From Rikenellaceae bacterium (lineage in GTDB: Bacteria > Bacteroidota > Bacteroidia > Bacteroidales > UBA932): a stretch of 52,116 nucleotides of DNA. Position numbers and translations under genes: made by a program. Shown piece after piece: positions 37,375-45,942 of the stretch; position 1 is the stretch's first letter; each line of letters starts with the position of its first letter. The stretch is from contig JAAZIW010000004.1 in NCBI GenBank assembly GCA_012800665.1, forward strand, positions 1 to 52,116. Direction: 5' to 3'. The notes beneath the pieces were generated by a model, which was given only the letters and a program-made list of their open reading frames with translations, had not been told where the DNA came from and searched no databases.

Positions 37375-37459
37375 TGCGGGAGATCAGACTCGAACTGACA
37401 CGCCTTTTAATGGGCACTAGCTCCTGAAACTAGCGCGTCTACCATTTCGCCACTCCCGC
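37375..37459 (-). tRNA. tRNA-Leu (CAG)
   Basis: Reverse complement GCGGGAGTGGCGAAATGGTAGACGCGCTAGTTTCAGGAGCTAGTGCCCATTAAAAGGCGTGTCAGTTCGAGTCTGATCTCCCGCA; long variable arm. Confidence 0.95.
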
Positions 37460-37470
37460 TCAGGGGACTG

Positions 37471-37501
37471 CAAAGGTAGTGTTTTTTTTGTCAAACTCAA
37501 A
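37471..37501 (-). promoter_or_regulatory. Promoter for tRNA-Leu
   Basis: TTTG-N19-TACCTTTG on minus strand. Confidence 0.65.
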
Positions 37502-38045
37502 AAATATAATTGATTCCTAAAATAATATCATTCGGCAAAACAAAGGCCTTTGAACCGCTGCTTAGGCGGCGACCGCAAGTTTGACATTGATATATGGAAT
37601 AAATGCTGTAACCTGTCCACAGGCCAAGCCCGAAGTCGATATTGAAATGCTCGCCAAGCATTCGGGAATAGCCCGCCGATAAGCCGCCTCCGTAGCGGTC
37701 TCCCTGGGTTGTAAGAGGTCCGCCGTAGCCTCCCTCATTGAATTCCTGGTATTGAAGTTTCGCCCCAACCCACCAGCCGGAATAAATGTGCCATGGCCAC
37801 CAACGGGCTCCTGCAGATAAAGAACGCTGTTTAAGCTGTATTTTTTCCGTACCTTTTCCATAACTGAAAGGATTATATTTGGCTCCGGCATTCACGCTCC
37901 AATGACGGGCGAACCCGTATGCAAACTCCAAATTCATGGTTCCTCCCGCCAAATAATCCGCTACATTAGTGGACAAGCTGAGCTCTTGTGCATTCAGCGA
38001 AGGCGCCGACGCCAAAAGAAACAGTAAAAACATCAATTTTTTCAT
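37497..38045 (-). CDS. DUF3575-domain outer-membrane beta-barrel protein
   Basis: Signal peptide; LSTN...TMNLEF...WS...YNPF, QGDRYGGGLSAGY, FNIDFGLGL, C-terminal YIF. Confidence 0.82.
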   Translation of the reverse strand: MKKLMFLLFLLASAPSLNAQELSLSTNVADYLAGGTMNLEFAYGFARHWSVNAGAKYNPFSYGKGTEKIQLKQRSLSAGARWWPWHIYSGWWVGAKLQYQEFNEGGYGGPLTTQGDRYGGGLSAGYSRMLGEHFNIDFGLGLWTGYSIYSIYQCQTCGRRLSSGSKAFVLPNDIILGINYIF

Positions 38046-38047
38046 GA

Positions 38048-39607
38048 CTATTTATAGCTGCTGAAAGCTAAATTGATGAGGGTTTTGGCATCGGGATAGA
38101 GCCTCAATAATTTCATGCGCAAAGCTTCTTTATCGTGTACATCGGGAGTGAGGGCATTGAAAGTTTTATAGCAGGTAAGCCCTCTCTCATCCATATAATT
38201 GAATATTTGAGGAAAAAACCAGAATGTGGTGCCGAAAGCCGCACCCGAACCGGGATAGCGCTCTCTGAAAAGCCTGGTTTGCATATAATAAGCCCACATT
38301 TCCGCCACTTCACAATAGCCATGGTCTTTCTCTGTGCCCACCCCGTAGGTAATGAAGCCCGAAGTTATGAACGACTTTATTACATATTCTGCCAGTTTAT
38401 TCCAATAATCATTGCCAACCTGCATATAATGGCTTGTATGGGCAAGTTCGTGTATGCTTGCAGCATAAATTGAAGGATAATCTTCACAATATTGCAAACC
38501 GAGCGTTATGTCGGGCAGGAAAAATTTCACAAGACTGTAATACTTTCCGAGATAATCTTCTATAATTGAGCCATCCAACAATACTCCCTGCTGCAGCATA
38601 ATGGCGCTGCTGCAACTCAAAAGGTCGAAAAGCCAAATCCTTAGGTTGGAGGGAGGAAGGCTGAGCATTCCGGCATCGCTGTGGCATATATTATAATAGT
38701 CCCAGCCCGCATTATTTACTACGCAACGACGGAAAAGAGCCCTGTCGGAGCGCTTGTTAACGGTAATACTGCAGCCTGAGGGCGATTGCTTTCCCAAGGT
38801 TGAGACGGAAGCGGGAAAAAATATGAGGTTAAGCCCTATGCCGAAGCCTTTTTTATTCTTGAATACAATCCGGTAACGCGGCTCGGAATTAAAGGCCTTT
38901 TCAATCTTGTAATGGCCGTCTTCGTCGGTATAGGCATGTGCAAACTTTACAAACACATTGCACGACACCTTCACTCCCGCCACGCCGAAGGCTTCCTTGC
39001 TTTTGAAATCATCAATAATGCGGATATGCCCCTCCGGCGAAGAAGAGACATCATCGCCTTTGGCGGCGAGCAGCATACCGGCATTGCCGGTGAGTCTGAA
39101 GGATTCTCTTTCCACAGCCTCCCAGTCTATGCCGTCAGGCGATCTTGTGGCAAGAGGCTGCTCCGCTATATGGCACCTGTCCAGAATTTCGTATTCTATG
39201 CCTGACGGAAAAGGAAAATCGGGCGGCACTACGGCATATTGCCAGGTAATATCTCCTTCGGGGATGTCCGGGTCATGATAATAGTCCCCTTCTTTTAGGA
39301 TGGAGAAATCCACGGGATGGTCCAGCATCTCCACTCCCAACTCTTCCAGAAGCTCGTACTGGCCTTGGTCGGAGGGAAGAAAACGCACATAAAAATGGGT
39401 GGTGCTTACGCTCACTGCTTTAGTGGGATAGAGCGATGCGAGGGCCTTGCTCATATTGTCTACAGAATAAGGGTCTTCCAGTTTTTCACCGAGCACTATC
39501 ATGCCGTGGCTGATTTGCTCTTCGGGAAGAGGAGGCAGAATTTCGTGATTCTGAGCGCTGCATGCGCAGGCTGCAATAAGGATAAGATAAATTGCGAATC
39601 TTCTCAT
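38048..39607 (-). CDS. Hypothetical lipoprotein with zincin HExxH motif (putative metallopeptidase)
   Basis: ILIAACAC lipoprotein signal; IHELAHTSH and downstream AEMWAY. Confidence 0.7.
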   Translation of the reverse strand: MRRFAIYLILIAACACSAQNHEILPPLPEEQISHGMIVLGEKLEDPYSVDNMSKALASLYPTKAVSVSTTHFYVRFLPSDQGQYELLEELGVEMLDHPVDFSILKEGDYYHDPDIPEGDITWQYAVVPPDFPFPSGIEYEILDRCHIAEQPLATRSPDGIDWEAVERESFRLTGNAGMLLAAKGDDVSSSPEGHIRIIDDFKSKEAFGVAGVKVSCNVFVKFAHAYTDEDGHYKIEKAFNSEPRYRIVFKNKKGFGIGLNLIFFPASVSTLGKQSPSGCSITVNKRSDRALFRRCVVNNAGWDYYNICHSDAGMLSLPPSNLRIWLFDLLSCSSAIMLQQGVLLDGSIIEDYLGKYYSLVKFFLPDITLGLQYCEDYPSIYAASIHELAHTSHYMQVGNDYWNKLAEYVIKSFITSGFITYGVGTEKDHGYCEVAEMWAYYMQTRLFRERYPGSGAAFGTTFWFFPQIFNYMDERGLTCYKTFNALTPDVHDKEALRMKLLRLYPDAKTLINLAFSSYK

Positions 39608-39681
39608 AATGCTTTGTTTTTAGTTACGTGACAAAGGTAGAAGAGACGCAATCGCGTATCAAAAATATAAGCGTTTAATTT

Positions 39682-39714
39682 AAAAAACCGGCCCCCTGCT
39701 ACTAGCGGAGGCCG
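39682..39714 (-). terminator. Intrinsic terminator after deoC
   Basis: Minus strand cggcctccgct-agt-agcagggggccgg followed by tttttt. Confidence 0.75.
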
Positions 39715-39767
39715 AAAAATTTTTCTTTTATAAAGCTGCGTATGCAGCAGAAATTTACGTTTTTTAA

Positions 39768-40658
39768 CTAAAAGAAGTTAATGGTGCGCTGCTCGATGGC
39801 GCTCATGAGACTGTTGCCCAAACGGCTCACGCCAAAGCGGAACAAATCCTTATTCATCCATTCCTTGCCGAGTATCGTGTTGCCTATGCAATAATAGCAC
39901 AGGGCATCTTTGGCATTGGAGATGCCGCCGGCCGCCTTGAAACCCACCTTTCGGCCGGTTTTCTTGTAAAATGCCTTTATGCATTCGCACATTACATAAG
40001 CCGATGTGGGAGTTGCGTTAACCTCAACTTTACCGGTACTGGTTTTTATAAAGTCGGCTCCCGCTTCCATTGCGAGAAAAGATGCGTCAGCTATCTTCTC
40101 CGGAGAAACAAGCAGGCCGGTCTCGAGAATCACCTTGAGAATCACTGTCCTGTCCTGCTTCTTCGCAGCGGCATCTATGGCCGCCTTAATGCTGCGGATT
40201 TCTTTATAAGCGGTCTCATAATCTCCTGCGAAAAAAGAATTGAGCGCCAGCACTATATCTATCTCTTCCGCACCGGTCTCAACGGCAAGTTCGCATTCGC
40301 GGATCTTCACCTCCAAAAAACTCTGAGAGCTGGGGAAACAGCCGGCCACAGTTGTAACATGAAGTTCGGGGCTGGGGCGTTTGTCTTTTACAACGGAGGC
40401 AAAGTTGGGATATACGCATATGGATGCCGGAAGCGGATAAGAGGGATATTCCTCACACAAATCAATCACTTTGGATACCAGTTTGCTTACACTTTCTACA
40501 GTGTCTTGAGCCTGAAGAGTGGTAAGGTCCATGAACGAGAAACAGCTCTTATATACTTCCGTAGAGGCAAAACTGTCCGCATCGGCGATAATACTCTCAA
40601 TCGAGGAGGCAATCCTAAGCGGATCGGGCGTGTAATTGTACTTTTCTGAATAATTCAT
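39768..40658 (-). CDS. deoC: Deoxyribose-phosphate aldolase
   Basis: MDLTTL, ICVYP, GAEEIDIV, LKVILETG, FIKTSTGK, GFKAAGG. Confidence 0.95.
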   Translation of the reverse strand: MNYSEKYNYTPDPLRIASSIESIIADADSFASTEVYKSCFSFMDLTTLQAQDTVESVSKLVSKVIDLCEEYPSYPLPASICVYPNFASVVKDKRPSPELHVTTVAGCFPSSQSFLEVKIRECELAVETGAEEIDIVLALNSFFAGDYETAYKEIRSIKAAIDAAAKKQDRTVILKVILETGLLVSPEKIADASFLAMEAGADFIKTSTGKVEVNATPTSAYVMCECIKAFYKKTGRKVGFKAAGGISNAKDALCYYCIGNTILGKEWMNKDLFRFGVSRLGNSLMSAIEQRTINFF

Positions 40659-41410
40659 GCTTTTATCTGTATTTTAAATCCTTCATCTATAAGAGGTTTG
40701 ACGAAAGAGCGCATTTGCTCTTCCGTAAATTTCTGCAGTCCTTCTGCCGGCGCAGGGCGGTCGATGGTATATACCATGATTTCGCGCGGACGAAGCTTGC
40801 GCACAATATCCATCCATGGACCGAGCACCTCGGGCGAAGAAGAGTCGAAGCCGGAAGAGCGCAGGAACATGGTCTGCAACACAAAATTTCCATTGAATCG
40901 AGCAAGCCCTTCTATTATATCGGCCACATGATAATCACCCTGAGGCTGGTTTATTCTGGCCGTAAGTTCATCGCTCGGCGCATCCAATTTGAGTATGGGA
41001 TTGTCCACTAATTTCAGCGCTTCAAAAACCTCTTCCTTATTTATCATGGTGGCATTCGAAAGCACCGATATCAGCGACTTGGGATAATAGAGGCCGCGCA
41101 ACTCTATGGTGTCGCGGATTATTTCAGAGAATTCGGGATTGAGCGTAGGCTCCCCGTCTCCGGAAAAAGTTATGGAATCTATAGGGATGCCTGCCTTTGA
41201 GCATTCCGACAATTTTTTCTCCAACGCCTTTTTAACATCAGAGGCAGACGGAAGCGTTTGGTCGCTGCGCCCATCCTTATTCCACCCGCATTCGCAATAG
41301 ATGCAGTCGAAATTACAGATCTTCCCTTTTGAGGGCAGCAGGTTGATACCCAACGAACTTCCGAGGCGTCTCGAGAAAATCGGTCCGAATACTGTCTCTT
41401 CCCTTAACAT
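40655..41410 (-). CDS. Radical SAM protein (COG0731/TYW1-related Fe-S oxidoreductase family)
   Basis: SRRLGSSLGINL, CNFDCIYC (CxxxCxxC), TFSGDGEPTL, YTIDRP. Confidence 0.88.
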   Translation of the reverse strand: MLREETVFGPIFSRRLGSSLGINLLPSKGKICNFDCIYCECGWNKDGRSDQTLPSASDVKKALEKKLSECSKAGIPIDSITFSGDGEPTLNPEFSEIIRDTIELRGLYYPKSLISVLSNATMINKEEVFEALKLVDNPILKLDAPSDELTARINQPQGDYHVADIIEGLARFNGNFVLQTMFLRSSGFDSSSPEVLGPWMDIVRKLRPREIMVYTIDRPAPAEGLQKFTEEQMRSFVKPLIDEGFKIQIKA

Positions 41411-41882
41411 CTGTAGTATCTATAATAATTTTTTGTTTCAGTGAATCCGGCATCCACAAAATACTGTCTTTTTTAAAATCTATCGGCTCAAGCGCATGTT
41501 CTTTAAGATAGCGTTCAATCTCTTTCAATAGATTTCTCCGTTTTTCTTCTTTTCTGAGAAGGTCTAGCCGGTCATTAAGAATTTTGGTGGATTTTTCCAT
41601 AATGCCGGTGTATTTCCTGGGATTATCGAGATAGTGGTTCACGCTTCTGTCATAATCTTTAAAGGAATACCCATACTTCTCGAATATCGGGCCGTAAAAA
41701 TCGGAGGTGTCAGCAATACGTTTCGCACTTGAATGGTCATTCAGCCATTGATCGGCAAGAAACATCTCGGCATATATTTCCGACATGGTCTTTGCAGGAA
41801 TAACTCTGCCGCGCTTGGCGCAGCCGCCCGGCAAAAGCAGCAATAAAATAAGCGGAATTATATGACTGACAATTCTTTTCAC
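41313..41882 (-). CDS. DUF4296-domain lipoprotein
   Basis: GTG start overlapping the pheT stop; LPGGC lipobox; IPAKTMSEIYAEMFLAD...IFEKYG...YDRSVNHY. Confidence 0.78.
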   Translation of the reverse strand: MKRIVSHIIPLILLLLLPGGCAKRGRVIPAKTMSEIYAEMFLADQWLNDHSSAKRIADTSDFYGPIFEKYGYSFKDYDRSVNHYLDNPRKYTGIMEKSTKILNDRLDLLRKEEKRRNLLKEIERYLKEHALEPIDFKKDSILWMPDSLKQKIIIDTTDVKGRDSIRTDFLETPRKFVGYQPAALKREDL

Positions 41883-44320
41883 CTAAGCTCCACTCCGTAA
41901 TCTTTTTTAAATACTTCCAAGAGCCTTGCAAGCGTGCGTTCCACCTCTTCGTCGGTTAGCGTACGCTTGTCGTCCCTGAACACAAAGCTCATGGCATATT
42001 GCTTTTTGCCTTCAGGTATACCTTTGCCGCGATAAACATCGAAGAGACCTACCTGTCTGAGCAAGCCTTTGGCTGTTTTGAATGCGGTGGCGCGAAGGTC
42101 GCAGCAACACACGCTCTCGTCCATAAGCAGGGCAAGGTCTCTGCGTACCTGCGGGAATTGCGGGATTTCGGTAAAGCGTATTTTATTGCGCTTGATAAGT
42201 TTAAACAGCGCATTCCAATCGATTTCGGCTGCAACCACCTCCTGCTTTATTCCGAATGATTTGGCAAGTGAGGGATGAATCACTCCGATTACCGCAAGCT
42301 GCTGTCCTCCTCCGGGCAAGTAATAAATTGTTCCTTCTGAGAAGATATCCGAGGGCGACTCTTTTGCGGGCATATTGTAAAGGTCGGCGCCATAGCGTTT
42401 CAAAAGGAGCTCCAAATAACCTTTGAGATGAAAGAAATCACTCTTTTGGTCGGAACAATTCCAATTCTTTGCGCAACTGCCGCTGAGAAACAGGCTGAAA
42501 CACGTATGCTCCTCATAGCCATCCGGAGTTTCTCCCGATTTTTCCGGAAGACGCTGATATACAGAGCCATACTCGAATGTCTTAATGCGATAGTTTTGCC
42601 TGTTGGCATTATAGGCAACAACCTCCAAGCCTCCCAACAGCAGGGTTTGCCTCATTACATCAAGATCGGAACTGAGCGGATTCACTAAACGCACGCATCT
42701 TTCGAGAGGGAAAGTCTCAAGGCCTTCGTAATAACTGCTCTTGGTAAGAGAATTATTCATTATCTCTGCAAAACCGTTGGCGGCCAGGAAGTTGGAAATC
42801 TGATTGCAAAGAGCTTCCGGAGAAGGTTTTTCCGTAGGATTCACACTCATCTTCATATGCATGGGCAAGTCGATGTTGTCGTAGCCATAAATGCGGAGAA
42901 TCTCCTCAACCACATCTATGGGGCGGTAAACATCCACCATATAGGAAGGCGCCTCCAGCGTGGCTCCATTCTCATCTTCTTTAATAAAGCGATATTGCAA
43001 GGCGCTGAGGATGGTTTTTACATTTTCTCTTCCTATTTTTTGGCCTGCGAAGGCGTCCAGCCAGGCATAATCCAATTCAATGACTTTACGCTCTATCTTA
43101 TTGGGATAATCTTCTTGAATGGGACCTTCGATACGGCCGCCTGCAATCTCCAGGATGAGAAGAGCGGCACGTTTGAGAGCATATATCAGTACATCCGGAT
43201 CGCCCCCCCGTTCATAGCGGAAGGAGGCATCTGTCTGCAAACCATGAGTTTTGGAGGTGCGGCGGATGCTGGCGGGATCGAAGTATGCGCTTTCTATGAA
43301 AACATCAGTCGTAGAATCACTCAGACCGCTTTCAGCGCCACCGAAAACACCCGCTATACACATAGGGGCCTTTTCGTTTGCAATCACCATATCGCCCGAC
43401 GACAGTTTGCGTTCCACTCCATCCAAAGTGCGGATAAGTTCTCCTTCGGCGGCTCTTCGCACGATTACCTTCCCGCCGATAATTTTAGACGCATCAAACA
43501 TATGAAGAGGCTGGCCGAGCTCAAACAATATGAAGTTGGATATATCCACTATATTGTTTATCGGATGCAAACCGATGGAAGTCAGCTTTTTCTGAAGCCA
43601 TTCGGGAGAAGGCTCCACCTTTACGCCGCGAAGCGTAATGCCGGCATAACGGGGTGACCCTTCGTGGTCGAGAACCTCTACGGGTATACCCTTCCCCGAC
43701 CCTTCCTTAAAGGCGGAAACATCGGGATATTTGAGCTCGCAAGGAATTTTATTCAGCACCATATAGGCATACAAATCGCGGGCTACTCCTATATGCGAGG
43801 CGGCATCTACACGGTTGGCGGTAATCTCGTATTCTATTATGGCTTCGCTCTCCAAATTCAAATATTCCTTTGCAGAAGTGCCCGCAACGGCATCTTGCGG
43901 AAGCACCATAATACCTTCGTGGTCGGCGCCTATGCCAAGTTCGTCTTCGGCGCATATCATCCCGAAAGACTCCACTCCCCGAATCTTGCTTTTCTTGATT
44001 TTGAAATCCCCCGGCAGCACCGTGCCTATCCGGGCAAACAGAACCTTTTGGCCTGCAGCCACATTCGGGGCTCCGCACACCACAGCGACAGGCTCTCCCG
44101 TACCGTCATTTACCTTGCATATGTGAAGATGGTCGGAATCGGGATGCTTTTCACATTCCAATACTTCTGCCACCACCACTCCGGAAAGACCGCCCGGAAT
44201 TTGCTCTTGCTCTTCCACTCCGTTCACCTCGATGCCGATAGAAGTCATTATGTCGGCAATCTGCTGCGGCGCAAGGTCGCATGCTAAATAATTTTTAAGC
44301 CAATTATACGAAACTTTCAT
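41879..44320 (-). CDS. pheT: Phenylalanine-tRNA ligase beta subunit
   Basis: HPDSDHL, VCGAPNV, SKIRGVESFGMIC, TANRVD, GQPLHMFD, C-terminal FDX-ACB domain. Confidence 0.97.
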   Translation of the reverse strand: MKVSYNWLKNYLACDLAPQQIADIMTSIGIEVNGVEEQEQIPGGLSGVVVAEVLECEKHPDSDHLHICKVNDGTGEPVAVVCGAPNVAAGQKVLFARIGTVLPGDFKIKKSKIRGVESFGMICAEDELGIGADHEGIMVLPQDAVAGTSAKEYLNLESEAIIEYEITANRVDAASHIGVARDLYAYMVLNKIPCELKYPDVSAFKEGSGKGIPVEVLDHEGSPRYAGITLRGVKVEPSPEWLQKKLTSIGLHPINNIVDISNFILFELGQPLHMFDASKIIGGKVIVRRAAEGELIRTLDGVERKLSSGDMVIANEKAPMCIAGVFGGAESGLSDSTTDVFIESAYFDPASIRRTSKTHGLQTDASFRYERGGDPDVLIYALKRAALLILEIAGGRIEGPIQEDYPNKIERKVIELDYAWLDAFAGQKIGRENVKTILSALQYRFIKEDENGATLEAPSYMVDVYRPIDVVEEILRIYGYDNIDLPMHMKMSVNPTEKPSPEALCNQISNFLAANGFAEIMNNSLTKSSYYEGLETFPLERCVRLVNPLSSDLDVMRQTLLLGGLEVVAYNANRQNYRIKTFEYGSVYQRLPEKSGETPDGYEEHTCFSLFLSGSCAKNWNCSDQKSDFFHLKGYLELLLKRYGADLYNMPAKESPSDIFSEGTIYYLPGGGQQLAVIGVIHPSLAKSFGIKQEVVAAEIDWNALFKLIKRNKIRFTEIPQFPQVRRDLALLMDESVCCCDLRATAFKTAKGLLRQVGLFDVYRGKGIPEGKKQYAMSFVFRDDKRTLTDEEVERTLARLLEVFKKDYGVELR

Positions 44321-44323
44321 TTT

Positions 44324-45217
44324 TTATTGTTTCTTTAAATCTTCAGGATTGAAAAGTGAGTCCACGAACTCTTTGGGGTCGAAGGCTTTGATATCTTTAA
44401 TCCCCTCGCCTATGCCTATGAACTTTATAGGAACATGGAATTGGTCAATAAGCCCCACTACCACCCCGCCTTTTGCAGTACCGTCAAGTTTGGTAAGCAC
44501 CAGCGAACTGATGTTTGTGGCCTTTGCAAATTCCTTTGCCTGCTGAAAGGCATTCTGTCCTGTAGAGGCATCCAGCACAAGCATCACCTCATTGGGAGCT
44601 CCCGGAAAGGCCTTGTCGCAGACATTGCGGATTTTTGAAAGCTCATTCATTAGGTCTATGCGGTTGTGCAAGCGACCGGCTGTATCGATGAGCACCACAT
44701 CTGCCTCCTTGGCGACTGCCGATTTAACGGTGTCGAAGGCTACGGAAGCAGGGTCGGAGCCTATTTTTTGCTTTACTATTTCGACGCCCGCACGCTCTGC
44801 CCAAATATCCAATTGGTCTATGGCTGCAGCGCGGAATGTATCAGCCGCCCCAATCATCACCTTTAAGCCTTGCTCTTTAAAATAATGTGCGAGTTTGCCT
44901 ATGGTTGTGGTCTTCCCCACTCCGTTAACGCCCACCACTAAAATAACGTAGGGCTTTTTGTCGAGAATTATGTCCGCAGGAGCGCCGGCGTCAAGAAGAG
45001 CATCTGTTTCTTCACGCAGATAAGTCACAAGTTCATCAAAAGACATCATCTTGTCTCTTGCTACACGATCCTGCAGATTATCCACAATTTTAAGTGTGGT
45101 GTCCACACCCATATCGCTTTCGATAAGAGCCTCTTCTATATTGTCGAGGGTGTTGTCATCTATTCTTGACTTTCCGGCAACCGCCCTGCTTATTTTTTGA
45201 AAAAAACTGAATGCCAT
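44324..45217 (-). CDS. ftsY: Signal recognition particle receptor FtsY (minimal NG form)
   Basis: GVNGVGKTTT, DTFRAAA, DTAGR, TKLDGTAKGG, GIGE. Confidence 0.97.
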   Translation of the reverse strand: MAFSFFQKISRAVAGKSRIDDNTLDNIEEALIESDMGVDTTLKIVDNLQDRVARDKMMSFDELVTYLREETDALLDAGAPADIILDKKPYVILVVGVNGVGKTTTIGKLAHYFKEQGLKVMIGAADTFRAAAIDQLDIWAERAGVEIVKQKIGSDPASVAFDTVKSAVAKEADVVLIDTAGRLHNRIDLMNELSKIRNVCDKAFPGAPNEVMLVLDASTGQNAFQQAKEFAKATNISSLVLTKLDGTAKGGVVVGLIDQFHVPIKFIGIGEGIKDIKAFDPKEFVDSLFNPEDLKKQ

Positions 45218-45246
45218 ATGATATAACTTACAAATATAGTCATTTT

Positions 45247-45286
45247 AAAAGAATAACAGGGCCGTTCAAAAGCAGAACAACCCTGT
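45247..45286 (-). terminator. Intrinsic terminator after the bL38 gene
   Basis: Minus strand acagggttgttc-tgctttt-gaacggccctgt followed by tattctttt. Confidence 0.72.
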
Positions 45287-45311
45287 CATATATAGAGTAT
45301 TTGCAAGATTA

Positions 45312-45470
45312 TTACTTCTTTGCGAAGTAATCCTTTGCCTTATCGGCATCAACCATTTTCTCGGTAAATACATATGCACCTGTCTTGGGGGATTTCTCCA
45401 TACGGATGCACTTGACCATGTTCCTCGAACCGGCCTTTCCTGAGAATTTTGCAACTGCTTTCTTTGCCAT
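45312..45470 (-). CDS. DUF4295 family protein = Bacteroidota ribosomal protein bL38 (52 aa; not in the ORF track)
   Basis: Manual translation MAKKAVAKFSGKAGSRNMVKCIRMEKSPKTGAYVFTEKMVDADKAKDYFAKK; KSPKTGAY motif; lies between rpmG and ftsY. Confidence 0.92.
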   Translation of the reverse strand: MAKKAVAKFSGKAGSRNMVKCIRMEKSPKTGAYVFTEKMVDADKAKDYFAKK

Positions 45471-45486
45471 AGCTTAATCTCCTTTA

Positions 45487-45675
45487 TTATTTAATTTCAC
45501 GATGAATGGTAACCTTTTTAAGCAAGGGATTATATTTCTTGCGTTCGAGTCGGTCGGGAGTATTTTTCTTATTCTTGGTGGTAATGTAACGAAACATTCC
45601 GGGAACTCCGCTTTCTTTTTGCTCGGTGCATTCGAGTATTACCTGCACCCTGTTTCCTTTAGCTTTCTTTGACAT
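45487..45675 (-). CDS. rpmG: 50S ribosomal protein L33
   Basis: [10 protein letters not shown]...[21 protein letters not shown]...HREIK. Confidence 0.97.
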   Translation of the reverse strand: MSKKAKGNRVQVILECTEQKESGVPGMFRYITTKNKKNTPDRLERKKYNPLLKKVTIHREIK

Positions 45676-45686
45676 AATTCAATAAT

Positions 45687-45929
45687 TTAAACAAGGTCGA
45701 TAAAACCTGCCTTACGGGCTTTGGCGAGAGTGGCGTCGAGGCCGTTCTTCTCGATTTCCCTGATGCCCTTGCAGGAAACTTTAAGGGTAATGAATCTCTG
45801 CTCTGTCTCACTCCAGAACTTCTTGTTCTTGAGATTGAGAGAGAAGTTGCGCTTGGTGCGCAATTTGGAATGGGCAACATTATTGCCTTTCATTCTCTTT
45901 CTTCCGGTTATTTGACAAACCTTTGCCAT
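45687..45929 (-). CDS. rpmB: 50S ribosomal protein L28
   Basis: MAKVCQITG...GNNVAHS...TKRNFSLNL. Confidence 0.96.
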   Translation of the reverse strand: MAKVCQITGRKRMKGNNVAHSKLRTKRNFSLNLKNKKFWSETEQRFITLKVSCKGIREIEKNGLDATLAKARKAGFIDLV

Positions 45930-45942
45930 AATTGTATAATTT

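Noticed and set aside
45266-45454. 62-aa ORF from the track
   Set aside because: Wrong frame; the real gene is the 52-aa bL38 ORF at 45312-45470.
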